DNA of 64,000 nucleotides from Octopus sinensis. Its lineage: Eukaryota. A model generated the notes under the pieces. The model was not told the origin of the DNA. It saw only the letters and a list, made by a program, of their open reading frames with translations, and searched no databases. Of the stretch, positions 1 to 13,562 are shown piece by piece. Where the stretch lies: positions 23,374,001 to 23,438,000 of the forward strand of contig NC_043013.1 in the NCBI RefSeq assembly GCF_006345805.1. Reading direction: 5' to 3'. The position numbers and the translations under genes were made by a program. The stretch's first letter is position 1. Each line of letters starts with the position of its first letter.

Positions 1-599
1 ATATTCCCTTGGTGACGGCAGTAGCTGTGAAAAGGAATTAAGCAAAGTGATGAATATAGCATTAAGGACTGATTGAAAACAAGCAAATTTCTGATTGATT
101 CATTTCCCACCCACCACAATATATTAAAGGGACACAATACTCAGGGGACAGAGGGGACTATTCTTTTTCTTTTTTTTCTTTTTGCACATCTTGAATAGTG
201 TTGGCTTAGTGTTATTTATGGCTGCATGTAGGTGTCAGCAGGATGTTTCTGAATTCATTTGCTGCAAACTAATGCAAACACTGTTTTACTTACCACATGC
301 ACAACAAACTACACAGGCACAGAGTATTTAAAGCACAGGTAAGCCACCCTCACCACCCCGAAGTAGATGCATGTAAATACATGTGTGTGTGTGTGTGTGT
401 GTGGGGGGGGGGGAGACAGACATATTTGAGAATATGTGTGAATGTGTGTGTGTGTGCTTCTGACTGGGCTTGAATGTGTGTGAATGTAATAGTTTGTTGG
501 TACTGTGTATCTGTTCTTTATACACACACACACACATATGTGCTTGAATATAAGTATGTATGCATGTGTGTGTACACACACACACATACATAAGAAGAA

Positions 600-1300
600 A
601 TGTAATTCACTTGCAGATAGCATCACGCCTCCTCCTCCTCCTCTTCCTCTCCCACTTTTGTCACAAAAGTAAGAAACTGAACAGATGACTTGTGTGTTCT
701 AAGCTTGAGTTGTTGTTATTATTGTTGTTGTTGCTAATTGTGGTAGTGGTGGTGGTGGTGGTGGTGGTTGGTTAGCTTGCATACTGGTTAGATGGCTGGC
801 TGGCTGGCTGGTCGGTCGGTTTGTTGGTTTAGGATAATGAATTCACTGAAGAAGAAAAAATAAAAAACATTCTTAGTCACATTCAAAACTGGTACCATTG
901 CAAAGCTACGAAAATAAGTTTCACACATTATCTCTCTCTCTCTCTGTTATTTGTTGTTGTCTATTTTTGGTGGGGATGGTGATGGTGGTGGACACGATCC
1001 CTCTCCTCCTTTGATTTGATCCTCCTCTCAAGCTGCCTTTTTTTCTCCCCACCCCATCCCACCCCCACTTTCCTCCCTCTCACTCCTACTCTCTACTCCT
1101 CTTTTTTCCTCCTTCTGTCTCCCCTCCCTCTCACTGCATGTTTTCTTTTCTCTTCTCCTCCCCTCACTTTATAATTCCCCACCATCACCACCCAACCGCT
1201 CTCTCTCTCTCCTCGTTACACCACTTTACTCCTTCCCTTTCTGCCACTCACCTCTGTCCACTGTACAAAGGAATGTCGTTTTAGACCAACAAAAACAGTT
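600..1300 (+). promoter_or_regulatory. Putative promoter region: polypyrimidine/CT tracts with a G-quadruplex motif at 1047-1066 (- strand)
   Basis: Long C/T-rich stretch. ccccaccccatcccaccccc gives four G-runs on the - strand. Immediately upstream of the candidate first exon. Confidence 0.3.
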
Positions 1301-1475
1301 GCTGCCAGTTAAAAACTCTCTCTCTTCTCCTTCGTTCTCTGTTCAGAGACAGCTGACTTTGCCAGTCAAGAGGAGGACCACAGCTAGAAATAGTTTCACT
1401 AAAGTTTTTTTCGCTACCTCTCCGTCCTCTCTCTCTGTACTAATGCTATTTCATTGGAGATTGTTATTACCAGAC

Positions 1476-1508
1476 ATGAAGAATGATTGGGAAAATTTTA
1501 CCAAGAAG
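1476..1508 (+). CDS. Candidate first coding exon of host gene (MKNDWENFTKK, phase 0)
   Basis: gacATGA start and AAG|gtcaga donor. It lies in unique sequence downstream of a long CT-rich, promoter-like tract. Phase is compatible with the 10508 microexon. Confidence 0.35.
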
Positions 1509-1773
1509 GTCAGAATGCATTATTATTATTGTTATCATTTTCAGATGGCTTCGTTCTTATTGCCGTTTTTTTTTTACCGTACGGCTAAGAAGAGCAGCTC
1601 TGAGTGTGATTATTATTCTTATTATCTCTAAGTATTCCTCGATTGAAAAGTAGCGCCAGGAATTCCTTTTATTCAAAAGCAATTGGGTCTGTGTTGAAAG
1701 AAAAACAAACTTTTATAAACTTGTTCAAAGTTAACATGTTGTCCAAGGATGCCCTCACGGTATTTAGTGATCC

Positions 1774-1810
<37 letters not shown>

Positions 1811-1963
1811 GTGGTGGTTTTAGAATTATTGGTGCATCATGTGAAATGCTTAGCACCAATTTTTTTTGCCCCCAGCTCTTTGTGTTTAAAACCTGGTTGA
1901 GCACTTCACTTACCTTTCCCCTAAAATTACTGAAAATTCGGTAACATTTGAATATTATTATGA

Positions 1964-2370
1964 AGGTAAGCGAGTTTGCAGAACCGTTAGCACACTGGGT
2001 GAAATGCTCAGCTGTATTTTGTCTGCTGGACTTTGCCTTTCATCCTTTTGGGGGTTGATAAATTAAGTACCAGTCAAAAACTGGGGTCAATGTAATTGAC
2101 TAGTTCAACTCCCCCAAAATTTCATGCCCTGTGCCTTTAGTAGAAAGGATTATCATCATTATTATTATTATAGTGGCGAACAGGCTGAATCGTTAGTATG
2201 CTTTGTGATATTCCTTTCGTCTTCACGCTTCTAGTGCAGATTCCACCAAGGTTGACTTTGTTTTTCATTCTCTCAGGGTTCATGAAACAAGTACCAGTTG
2301 TGCACTAGGGTTGATGTAATCGACAAACCCGTTCCCGCAAATTTCAGTTTTGTACCTATAGTAAAAAGGG
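1964..2370 (+). mobile_element. Two degenerate tandem copies of tRNA-derived SINE family B
   Basis: gcagaaccgttagcacactgggtgaaatgc head and gactttgcctttcatcc...gataaattaagtaccag core, shared with the copy at 41519. Confidence 0.8.
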
Positions 2371-3084
2371 TTAATATTATTGTCCTTTGTAATGTGTTGA
2401 ATACTTTTCTATAATGTATTTGTCTCACGTGTGATGCAGTACATCTAAAAGTTACAAATATTTAAAGTTAACATTTTGAATTGAATTCACTTCTCTTCCA
2501 CTTAATTCTTCAACAAGTTTGTGGCCATGTGCCAATGGGAGAAATGAACATTATTTACATAAATTACGTATATTTTTCTTTAGAATTTCTACAACACTCC
2601 TTGTACAGATGTGTGTGTGTGTGCGTGCGTGCGTGGTTTTGTCCAAGTAGCATTTCCTACTAGAAATGAAAGTATATCAAATTATGTCTTACAGTCATCA
2701 TTTATATTCATTTCTAGGTTATATCAAATCTCTGCAGAATCAATAAAATACATACCAGTAATATTCAGGAGTGTGTGCACATGTGAGTGTGCATGTGTGT
2801 GTGTGTGTGTATGTGTGCGTGTATATATACAGAAGACATACTGAAGCATGGAGAATTATTCCATCTTCAAAACTTGTTTATTTCAATGTTATTCTCATTA
2901 AGTTCCAATCTGACACACGTGCTTTTGCTGGATAAGTGTCCTAATGTCCTTTGAGGTCCTTAATAAGGTACCTACCCAAATCTCAAATCCCTTTTCCTTT
3001 ACATTATATCATCATATATATAAGAGTAATAAAGCATTTCAATAGAACATCTTTACGCCCGGGAATTACCAGGTACACCAGCTA

Positions 3085-3121
<37 letters not shown>

Positions 3122-3655
3122 TAGACATGCATGCACACATTTTGGTGATAGTTTCTATACTGTAAACATTGGCCTCGTTCCAAAAATTGTAAAAAGTACC
3201 CAATTAAATACTTTCTGACTCTGTGAGTCGGTTGCCTTTCATCCATCTGGAATCGATAACTAACGGTAATACACTACAATCTAGGTGCGTTGAGTGGCAG
3301 ACTTACGGTATTCAGTTTCATCTCTTTACGCTGTCAACTCAAACCTTACTGTGTATAACCTTCCCTGTCTCCCTTCCAGGGTCAATGTAATAAGTACCTG
3401 TCATACACTGGGGTTGATTTCTTTGACTTCATTTTTTTCCGCTCTAAAATGTGTGATCTTTTATGCTACTTAGCATTTCGGTTACCAATGTTCTGCAGCT
3501 TCTTCACTGTCTACAGAAATTACTTATGTTTTTAATTAGATGAGTTAATTATTGTTTTGTAAAGCTTGTTTTGTTTATTTACGTTTATTTGTTTGGCAGA
3601 AGTGGTTCAGTGCTGGACCAAATACCTTTTAGTATTTAGTTTTGTCTCTCTAGAC

Positions 3656-3874
3656 CAGTGCTTTTCAAACTTTTTGCTGAAGCGGAACCCCAAGGAAACA
3701 TTCCACTGGCTCGGGGAACCCCTGTGCAATAATTTAATAGTCTTATGCACACATATCTGCACATGAGAATTAAAAATTACTGCCGATTTTAGCAGTTTTG
3801 TAACTTCTTGCGGAACCCCTGGATTGTACTGGCGGAACCCTAAGGTTCTGCGGAACCCTGGTTGAAAACCACTG
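3656..3874. mobile_element. hAT-superfamily MITE (Charlie-like termini)
   Basis: TIRs cagtgcttttcaa / ttgaaaaccactg. Exact 8-bp TSD ctctagac at 3648-3655 and 3875-3882. Internal ggaaccc subterminal repeats. Confidence 0.92.
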
Positions 3875-4580
3875 CTCTAGACTTTTGTTCTTTGTTCAAA
3901 TTGCATTGATGTCTGTTTTTCTTTGCTTATTGTTGCTTTTTATTCTTCTAGGATTGATAAAATAGAGAATATCTAGGTTAGATTAAATCTGCTATAATCC
4001 TTCTCTTCGGGTCTTGTAAGAAATCTTTATTATTCATAAGTTTCCACCATCATTGGTGTTAAGTATATTCGTAACTATTGACAATGAAATGGAATATATT
4101 TATTATAATATCCGATTCAAAGATATCCATAATTCTAAGAAGTGGAAATTCTGCTCTCTATTGATATTTCTTTTACTTCTGATAGTTTCTTTTTTCTTTT
4201 TCTTTATTTTTTTTGAAAGAATAAAAGCAGAGTATTGAACCGATTCAACAGACATTGGTGTTGCAATGTTGTTTTTTTCTTTACTTTTGCCTCATGCTCC
4301 TGAGTTTTAAGCTCAGTGCAGCAGTATTAACCAAATTTCTAAATATTCTTATTGTTGTCTGGCAGAGACAATAGGGCACCAAACACAATCCTTTGCATTC
4401 TGAGTTTAATTCCCATTGGGGGTTAATATTGCTTTCCAACTTTTCAATCAAATAAACAAATATGGCAGATTAGTGAGAAAATTATTCCTGTAGCTGTGTT
4501 TTCATTTTAGGGAAACGGGGGGGAATGCATGAATGTCAAAACATTTCGCTTTGTTTTTATCATACTTTCAAGCTCCATGC

Positions 4581-4614
<34 letters not shown>

Positions 4615-4756
4615 TTTAAACAAAAATAGTTTCAAGACTCAAGAATTCTCCAAAGTTCTTCCTGTCCCTCAATGGTATGTCAAAGTTTGGAGAATTCCTG
4701 ATTTTTGAGATTATCATCTCTCCTCGTATGGAACTGGTCAGAGAAAACTTTACTAG

Positions 4757-5256
4757 TAGGTGTTGTTGTGTGGTGAGCAGCTTGCTTCCCAACCACATGG
4801 TTCCAGGTTCAGTCCCACTTTGTGGCACCTTGGGCAAGTGTCTTCTACTATTGTTTCTGGCTGACCAAAGCCTTGTGAATGGATTTGGTAGATGGAAACT
4901 AAAAGAAGCCCATTGTATCTTCATCATCATTTAAAATCTGACTTCCAGGCTAGCATGGCTGGGACAGTTTCACAAGAGCAAGTCAGGCAGAAGCCTGCGC
5001 CATTATTTTTATATGTGTGTGTGTGTTGTGTATGTGTGTATCTCTCTTCGTGTTTGTCTCCCACCACAACTTGGCAACCGGTGTTGGTGTGTTTATGTTC
5101 TTGTAACTTAGCAGTTCAGCAAAACAGGGACTGATAGAATAAATACCAGGCTTTAACAAAAAAGTCCTGGGGTCAATTCATTCTACCAAAAATTCTAAGA
5201 GGTAGTGCCCCAACATGGCCACAGTCTAATGGCTGCAACAAATAAAAGATGAAAGA
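4757..5256 (+). mobile_element. SINE family A, older and interrupted copy
   Basis: ccaaccacatggttccaggttcagtcccact head and gatagaataaataccagg...ccccaacatggcc tail, as in the copy at 9236. Confidence 0.8.
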
Positions 5257-5630
5257 AAATTTATAATATATAGTATTTAAAAAAGAAGGAATTTGTTTTT
5301 CTTAATCTTTTCCCCCAACTCTTGATCTTAATCTTCCCAGACTCTGACCAGTTTGGTGTTGAGTGAAATATTCTTTGAATTTCCGTTGCAGTATTTTATT
5401 GGGCTCAGTAGTCCTGTTAGCATCCATTTCCTTCTCAGGATATGGGCTCTGTTGGCACTCAGAATACTCATCCAACCAAACACCCTTCTCACTGGGTAAG
5501 CTCACAAAAGAAGCTCTGTTTAGACTACAACCACAAGTCCATGAGCATGTAGTACTTGATGACATGGTTACCAGCAGCAAGCTTCTGTCAGCCTGTGATG
5601 CAGTCAGTCCTGACCTAAAACTTCAACATG

Positions 5631-5664
<34 letters not shown>

Positions 5665-5667
<3 letters not shown>

Positions 5668-5985
5668 TCATCGTCATAGTTTAACGTCCGTTTTCCGTGC
5701 TAGCATGGGTTGGACGGTTTGACTGGAGTCTGGGAAGCCAGGAGGCTGCACCAGGCTCCAGTCTGATCTGGCAGTATTTCTACAGCTGTATGCCCTTCCT
5801 AATGCCAACCACTCTGTGAGTGTAGTGGGTGATTTTTATGTGCCACCGGCATGGGTGCCTGGGGAGGCTGGCATCGGCTACGTTCGGATGGTGCTTTTTA
5901 TGTGCCACCAGCACAGGTATCACAACTACAATTTCCATTTGATATTTATTTTGTTGTTGATGTACTTGACTCAATAGGTCTCCCC
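5665..5985 (-). mobile_element. Family C repeat: RTE-like 3' end with (GAT)n tail
   Basis: catcatc...tttaacgtccgttttccgtgctagcatgggttggacgg terminus, recurring about ten times in the window. Confidence 0.8.
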
Positions 5986-6679
5986 ATATCATCATCATCA
6001 TCATATATATATATACACACACACACATCATTGTTTTAATGTCTATTTTTCTAACCTTGCATGGGTCACCCAAAATTCAATGAGGCAAAATTTCTCTGAT
6101 GAGATGCCAACCATTATTGCCTGCTTCCAAGCAAAGTAATATCTCCCCCTAGTTCTATTAGCATGAACAACACAATAGCCAGACATGCTTTCATGGAAGA
6201 TTGCAAATGAAGGACACTACTGTATAACAGTGCCATTTGTGAGTCTGTGATATGAAGAGGAGGAGGCATGGATACACACATATATTTATGGCATGGTTTC
6301 TTTCATGTCAAATTCAGCAAGGCCACAAGACTTTGGTTGACCTGCAGCCTTTGTGGAAAACACTTGCTCATGGGGCTGCACAGTGAGACTGAACTGAAGA
6401 CCATAGGCTTGCAAAGTCACTGCACACTCATAGAAGCACTTCAAACACACATACATGCACACGAGTGGATGCATGTGCACACACACACAGCTTTCAGGCA
6501 ATTCTGCTGTCCTCTGCTGATAAGTGATCTAATCAATAATGAGAGTAGCTGTAGCAGTATCTTGGGAGCCAAAGTGAGGACGGGGCGGGAGAAATTGAGG
6601 GATCTGTTTGTTGGTATCAAGAGGTTTCTCTGTCTCTGTCTCTCTTAGTAAAAAGTAAATTATTGTATGACACGTGTGT

Positions 6680-7105
6680 TGCAAAGTGCAAATGTGGGCA
6701 CTGAATGTGGATGAAATGCAAAAGCTGGAAAGAAATGAGAGGATTATGTTCTGCAGAGTGTGTAATGTTAGCATGTCTGAAGAGTAGAGGACAGTTAAAC
6801 TGAGAAAATGGTCATTAGAGGAATTGGTCATCGCATGCAAAAGAGATAAGACTACAGTGTAGGAACGGATATGTGTTGTGTATGAAGGTTGAGAGTTGGA
6901 TGAAGACAGCTGAAGTGGTACAAGTGGAAGGAGTCTGCAGAAGTGGGAGGCTGAAAATATGTTGAAAGTCGATCTTATGAGGCTGAAACTGACAAAGGGG
7001 TGGACAAAGGACTTCCATAAGGGACGAGATGCTGTGATGAAGCAGACCTCACCTCAACCCACTATGGTAAAATTGGGCATAAGCTAATGATGGTGATGAT
7101 GAAGA
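6680..7105 (+). mobile_element. Highly decayed RTE-like LINE 3' fragment
   Basis: Resembles the 56.8 kb segment (tgtgtaatgttag; gctggaaagaaatga) and ends in a gatgatga tail. Confidence 0.45.
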
Positions 7106-7816
7106 TATGTGCATCTGGTGGGCTTCAACATAGTTTCTGTTTACCAAATATTACTCAAAAAGCTTCGGTTAATCTGTCAACAGAAAAATTTTGCCCCAGT
7201 TGTTGTCCTGTGAGATTGAACTCAGAACCACATGGTTGTGAAATGATCATGTTTATCACATAACCTTATAAGCTGATTAATTTTGGTGGTTGTTAACTTG
7301 GGATGCAATTGTTCTTGAAAGAGAAAGGAATACCTGCTTAGAATTTCATGAAATAAATGGGGTTTTTTTTATGTACAGTTAAAAAGAAAATTATTGAAAT
7401 TTTTTTCCCTTTCGCCCTCGTGTTTGTGTAAGGAGTATAATTATCTCTGTGTGTTACTTAGACTGGCTTTTATGTCTTACAGTTTGGAGAATGGTGCATT
7501 GTGGGAAATTATCTCTGCAACCATTTGATTTATGAATTACACACATAGAGACACTGTTACATGTGTTTCTGTGTTATATTATTAGATTTTTGAGAATCTG
7601 ACTGGAATGAACAAGGTGGGAAGGTTCTTGTTTGTATTGTTGGTGTTCAGAGGAATTTCATTGTTCACTCACTGTAGAGACTCTTGGAATATATTCAGAC
7701 CAGACATGAAGTATTGTCTGGATGCAAAAGGTAAAAAGCAATTGTGTGTGTGTGTGTGCACACGCATTCATTCACACACACACACACACACACACACTAG
7801 ATATTGGGGTATATTT

Positions 7817-7847
<31 letters not shown>

Positions 7848-8313
7848 CACAGCAGTTGCACTCAACTGCCCTCTTTTGTTGGTTGGACTACAACTATTTA
7901 CATTCTTTTGTATCTCTTTGTGTGAACTCTCCTTCTCTCTGACTGTCTGTATTGTATGTATATGTATATATATGTGTCTCTCTCTCTCTCTCTCTTGTAT
8001 GTCTCTTCTATGTTCCTCTCTCTACATTTTAGTTTCTCTTTTCCTCTCCTCCTTCTCCTTTTAGTATCTCTTGTACTTCTCTACATCTCTCCACCTTCTC
8101 CCATAGTTCTCTCAGAAGAACCAACACAACACTAATCAATTATATTCTTCTCTTGCTTACATAAGATAAACTATTATTTCCTGTTTTACCAATTTACAAC
8201 TGAGCCAGGATAATTTTACTGCTTTTTTCACTGAGATACTATGCAACACCAGTTATACAATACAAACACTTGTTTCGACCAGTTATTATATATATATATA
8301 TATATATATGTAT

Positions 8314-8476
8314 AGTGGCTGTGTGGTAAGTAGCTTTCTTACCAATCACATGGTTCCAGGTTCAGTCCAACTGCATCGCACCATGGGCAAGTCTTCTACT
8401 ATAGCCTCGGGCCGACCAAAGCCTAGTGAATGGATTTGGTAGACAGAAACTGAAAGAAGCCCATCATATGTATATA

Positions 8477-8527
<51 letters not shown>

Positions 8528-8715
8528 CTGTGTTTGTCCCCTCAACATCGCTTGACAACCGATGCTGGTGTGTTTATGTCCCTGTAACTTAGCGGTTCAG
8601 CAAAAGAGACTGATAGAATAAGTACTAGGTTTACAAAGAATACATCCTGGGGTCGATTTGCTTGACTAAATACAGTGCTCCATCATGACCACAGTCAAAT
8701 GACTGAAACAAGTAA
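8314..8715 (+). mobile_element. SINE family A
   Basis: Colinear with the 9236 copy, with the internal (TA)n/(TG)n tract. Confidence 0.9.
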
Positions 8716-8740
8716 TAGATATATATACATAGTGTAAAAG

Positions 8741-9070
8741 TGGGTAAAGACCCCTTTGAGCATGAATGACCATGGGATTGCACCTAGAATGTACCCTTGT
8801 GAGGCACAAGTCCAGGCAAGGTTGTTTATGGAAGACTGGCAGTCGCCCGTGTCTTCCCTCTCCACGCCACTGATGTTGTCCAAGGAAAAGGCAAAGGGGC
8901 TGATACAGCTTGGGACCAGTGATGTTGCAACTCATTTCTGCAGCTGAGTAAACTGGAGCAATGTGAAATAAAGTCTGTTGCTCAAGAACATAACACACAG
9001 CCCGGTCTGGGAATCAAACTCACTACCTCATGATTGAAAAACCTGGTGCTCTAACCACTAAGCCATGGGC
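8741..9070 (-). mobile_element. tRNA-derived SINE family D
   Basis: The - strand begins with an A-box-like tggcttagtggttagagc and a B-box-like gagtttgattccc. The body (ttgagcaa...tttatttcacattgctccagt) is shared with 31790-31840. Confidence 0.7.
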
Positions 9071-9235
9071 ATTCCCTGTATAATATGCACTTTTCATTGA
9101 AATCACAATTAAGATTTAGGTTATTATATAATACAAGGCATTTCAGTGCAAAGTTTTTTTATTTTTTTAAAAATCCATAAAAATGTGAAAAAAGCTTTCA
9201 TTTTTTTTATTTTTTAGTTTATTTTTTATTGAATA

Positions 9236-9650
9236 TAGGCGCAGGAGTGGCTGTGTGGTAAGTAGCTTGCTAACCAACCACATAGTTCCGGGTTCAGTCC
9301 CACTGCGTGGCATCTTGGGCAAGTGTCTTCTGCTATAGCCCCGGGCCGACCAATGCCTTGTGAGTGGATTTGGTAGACGGAAACTGAAAGAAGCCCGTCG
9401 TATATATGTATATATATATATATGTGTGTGTGGGGGGGGTTGTGTGTCTCTGTTTGTCCCCCTAGCATTGCTTGACAACCGATGCTGGTGTGTTTACGTC
9501 CCCGTCATTTGGCGGTTCGGCAAAAGAGGCCGATAGAATAAGTACTGGGCTTACAAAGAATAAGTCCCGGGGTCGATTTGATCGACTAAAGGCGGTGCTC
9601 CAGCATGGCCGCAGTCAAATGGCTGAAACAAGTAAAAGAGTAAAAGAGTA
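9236..9650 (+). mobile_element. SINE family A, full-length young copy
   Basis: ggcgcaggagtggctgtgtggtaag A-box, ggttcagtccc B-box, internal microsatellite and (gtaaaaga)n tail. CpGs retained. Confidence 0.93.
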
Positions 9651-10507
9651 AATATCAAAATATTCTACATAAAAGAATGACAAAAACTAATCCACTGGAT
9701 TATAATAGATGATGTACACAGGTACCACTATGCAACAGTTTGTTATACATGGTGTCGTGTGTGTTTTTAAGACAATTTAGACTTCAGAATCACAGCGTGT
9801 GTTTTAGTTCCTTCCCCAGTTTGACTTTTTTTTTCCCACATAAATAGTATTTATTGTTAGAATTTTAATATCTCAGTTTCTTATTTCTGTACTGTAAATA
9901 TATCAAGTTTCAATCATGATGATTGTCATTTACAGTCCTCTTTCCTTGCTGGCATGGGTTGGAAGGCTTGACAAGAGCTGACAAGTCAGAAGCCTGCACC
10001 AAGTTCTGTTCTCTGTGGTTTGGTTTGGTTTCTACGGGTGGATTCCCATCCTAGTGCCAACCACTTAATAGAGTGTACTGGGTGGCTTTTTTATCTGGCA
10101 CCAGCAGTGGTGGGGCCCACTGGAAGACGAGGCCCTTGAAGTAAGCATAGAGCAGTATCGAGGGTGGGGTTGCTTTTGTGCCAGGTGATGAGAGGTTAGG
10201 GTATGAAGAGAGGGACAGAAATGAGTTGCAGTGAGAGGAGAAACACGAAGTAGGGGAAAGAGGAGGGGGAGATGGTGAGGTTGTGACATGAGGAGCATTC
10301 AAGTTTGAGGGAAGAGGAACCAAGGATTGGGTTGGATGAGTGGTTGGATAAATCCATGAGGGGGAGAAAAATCAGTGCCAGAAATGATTGAGTACCAAAC
10401 TAAATAATGTACAAAGTTTGTATATTTGGTTCTTAATATTCTCATTTCAGACATTGTACCAAAGTACCGTTTAGTACTTTTAGTCCTCCTTTTTCTCTTC
10501 CTTTCAG

Positions 10508-10527
10508 ATTTGTTGCTTTATCCCAGT
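10508..10527 (+). CDS. Candidate 20-nt microexon (ICCFIP-V, phase 0 to 2)
   Basis: Strong acceptor cctcctttttctcttcctttcag| and donor |gtgagc. Converts phase 0 (1508) to the phase 2 needed by the downstream exons. Confidence 0.35.
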
Positions 10528-10674
10528 GTGAGCAATCATCATCATTGTCATCATCATTTTTAACATTTTTTTTTTTTCAAGCTGGTATGGGTTGGTTGAG
10601 CCTTCCTGACATAATATTCTCTGGCTAAGTAACCTTCCTGATGCCAAACTTTATTTTTTCCTATTTTTTAAAGC

Positions 10675-10942
10675 GCCCCTGTGAAGTGGTTGGCATTTGG
10701 AGAGGCATCCAGCTTAAAAACCTTGCAAAAAACTGACCTCACCTCTGCTCGTGCCATGTAAAAAGCACTCAGTCCACTCTGCATGGTGGTTGGTGTTAGG
10801 AAGGGCATTCAGCTGTAAAAACTGTGCCAAAACAAGACACAGAACTCTAGTACAGGCTCCTGCCTGGCCAGCTCCTGTCAAACCATCCAGCCCATGCCAG
10901 CATGGAAGGTGGACATCAGACAGTGATGATGATGATGATGAT
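10675..10942 (+). mobile_element. Family C (RTE-like) repeat
   Basis: ggttggtgttaggaagggcattcagctgta...catgccagcatggaag...(gat)n. Confidence 0.7.
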
Positions 10943-12267
10943 ATTTTGCTCCATGTTGTTGCATATTGAACATGAAGCTGATGCAGACTTTGCTAATGAT
11001 GTTAATCTGGGATATTAATATCATCATTATTTCTTAAATGGTGTCAACGTAAAGACACCAAGAAACACGCACAACAGGCTTCTGTACAGTTTCCAGTAAG
11101 CAAATGTCACTCACAAAGCATTGGCCAACGCAGTGCTTCAGGAGAAGATATATAGTGAACTTGAAACGATGTGGTTGTGAACTCCTTAACCATGTAGCCA
11201 TGTCTGCAACCATAGTTTGTGATATTATCTGGGTTTTAAACCACTTTTTAAAAGGGAGAATCTGTGTTGTTTAGTTGTAAGTTATCCTTTAACAAACGGA
11301 CCTCTGAACAAAGACATTCCATCCTTAACCATCCCATCTATCTTGTATATGTACAACTATATTGTGTCCTTCTAGTTTTAAGAGGGTAGAGGATGATTTG
11401 AGGACATTTAACTGTTATTTCTTGCAAGTTGAGCAGCCACTGGAGTGGAGACTCTCTCATTGATTCAGGGCTATAATCTCTTGAATTAACTGTACATCTT
11501 CTTAATCTTTTAGGAATTCAAGTGTGATAAAACTAAAAATGAGAACCACAGGTGGTTTGATCCCAGAACAGTGAAATTAGCAAACTGATTTGTATATCTT
11601 TAAAATGTAGATGAAATTTTTCTGAATATTAAGGCTGTATCTCCCAATAAGTAAAGCATGGTCATATCTGGAAACCCTAGTTTTAAACTCAACATTTTTT
11701 TCTGCTCACCGAATTTCTTGTGTTTGTATATTCGAACTACCCAAGTGCAGAGCTGACTGGTCGCTCAATAATTAACTGCAAACAGAATGGTTGATATTGT
11801 GCAGATGAAAGACAAACTCATATTGTTCAGTCAGTAGAGATGTCAGCCAGAGAACTTTTATCTTATTTGGGGATGGAAAAAAATATGAATGACGCTAAGC
11901 AGTGAGATGTATCAGTCATGAGTCCAAACTGTTTGCAAAGATAACCGTCCACCTATAAAAATAATAACCCTAATAATACACAAATATCTAAATTTATACT
12001 TTTTGAACCACCCACCACAACTTCCAGCATAGAAAACTAGATGTAAAGCAGGTAAAAAAAACTGAACAAAAAGATGCCAAATTCCTCCAGCTTCACTTTG
12101 TTTTTTATTCCTCCATGCTGATAAAAATAAATTCCATTAAATTTGGTAGGCCAAAGTCAATTGACTTTATCTCTTTCCTTACAAACTACTTTTATGCTTT
12201 TTCATCTGGATTGCCATTTTGTTTCCTTTTTTTTAAATTTTTGGGTAACATAATATTCCCGGAAATG

Positions 12268-12302
<35 letters not shown>

Positions 12303-12748
12303 TAATTACATCAATTGAAGTCCCTGTTTATGTAAAGGAGGGAAAGATGATGAATTGTGGGAAAGATTAATGTCAGTTTTCCCCCCGTTCTTCTGTTTGG
12401 ATTCTTATTTTCACAAATAAATGTATTTGTCGATAAATATTTTATGCCTTGTAGAAACTTCAGAGGTGAAAAATGGTTGTGTATGTGTGTGTAGAATTGT
12501 ATCTTTGTTTTACAATTTGTTTGTGAGCTCTCCTACAAATTATGAATGATCATGGTCTTTGGTTGTAATGATGATTATTTCTAACTTTGGCATAAAGCCA
12601 TAAATTATGGTGGAGAGGTTTCCATCCTTTTCTCCAGAGGAAGAAATGCAAAGTTGACTCTGGCAAAATTTGAACTCTGCACGTAAAGAATTGGAAGAAA
12701 TGCCACTAAGCATTTTGTCCAATGCATTAACAATTCTGTCAGCTCACT

Positions 12749-12960
12749 TTAACCCTTTTGTTACTGTATTTATTTTGAGATGCTCTGTATTTCTTTCAAT
12801 TACTTTAAATATAACAAAGAATTTAGTAAAGTAACTTATTTATCATTCAGCTAGTGTTAGGAACATAAATTGTGACTAAAGTTTGGTGGAAGGTTTTAAT
12901 TCAAAACTTATGAAAACAAGACATTTGTACTCAGAGCCAGAGCCGGTTTCAGCCAAGGTT
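12749..12960. mobile_element. TTAA-CCC-terminated MITE-like repeat (second copy at 36406-36620)
   Basis: ttaacccttttgttactgtatttattttgagatgc...ccggtttcagcc is near-identical at both loci. Right terminus is incomplete. Confidence 0.7.
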
Positions 12961-13080
12961 TATGATAATAATAATAATAATTGTTTAAAATTTTAGCACA
13001 AGACTAACAATTCGGTGGGTGAGATAAGTTGATTACTTTCACCCCAGTGTTCAACTTGTTTTATTGACCCCGAAAGGATG

Positions 13081-13389
13081 TTTAGTTAAGTTAATTTTTT
13101 TGCTCAAAAAGCAAAAAGCAAGGCCACGTAGGGGGACATGGAGTTATGTACAGGGAGGGTGTTCATGCAAAGAGTTCAGGCCATTTCTGGTCAAGAGAGA
13201 CTTTGAACCGAGCGGTCGTCGGCATCTTCACTATCTCGTCCGGCAGCTTAGTCCACGGATCCGCAACCCGGACGGAGAAAGCCCCTCTCCTTTGATTGAG
13301 ATGAAATCGTCGCAGATAGAGCTTTTCGGAGTGACCCCGCAGCCGACGCTCTGGAGCAGGAGTGAAGAACAGTTCTTTCGAGAGGTTAG
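13081..13389 (-). mobile_element. 5'-truncated CR1-group LINE (ORF2 C-terminus plus 3' UTR) inserted in a SINE B
   Basis: LRGHSEKL...RRGAFSVRVADPWTKLPDEIV...FKVSLD* matches the CR1-type ORF2 end. The host SINE core ccgaaaggatg|aggcaaagtcgacc is split around it. Confidence 0.85.
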
Positions 13390-13562
13390 AGGCAAAGTCG
13401 ACCTTGGCAGAAATTGAACTCAGATGAAATGCTGCTAAGCATTTTGCTTGGTATTCTAATGATTCTGCCAGCACAATGCCTCAATAATAATAATAATAAT
13501 AATAATCATAATAATAATAATAATAATCATAATAATAATAATAATAATAATAATCATAATTT

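Noticed and set aside
5363-5722. 119-aa ORF, or a 57-nt exon at 5439-5495 with a gtaagc donor
   Set aside because: No recognisable homology, and the ORF runs into microsatellite and a repeat. The exon is plausible but unsupported.
7607-7730. Possible exon ending AAG|gtaaaa (MNKVGRFLFVLLVF...)
   Set aside because: The donor is weak and phase 1, giving no open frame with exon 46449 through the candidate exons.
9167-9478. Recurrent ORFs such as RRASFSFRLPNPLTR and DGLLSVSVYQIHSQG
   Set aside because: These are antisense translations of SINE family A, not a protein family.
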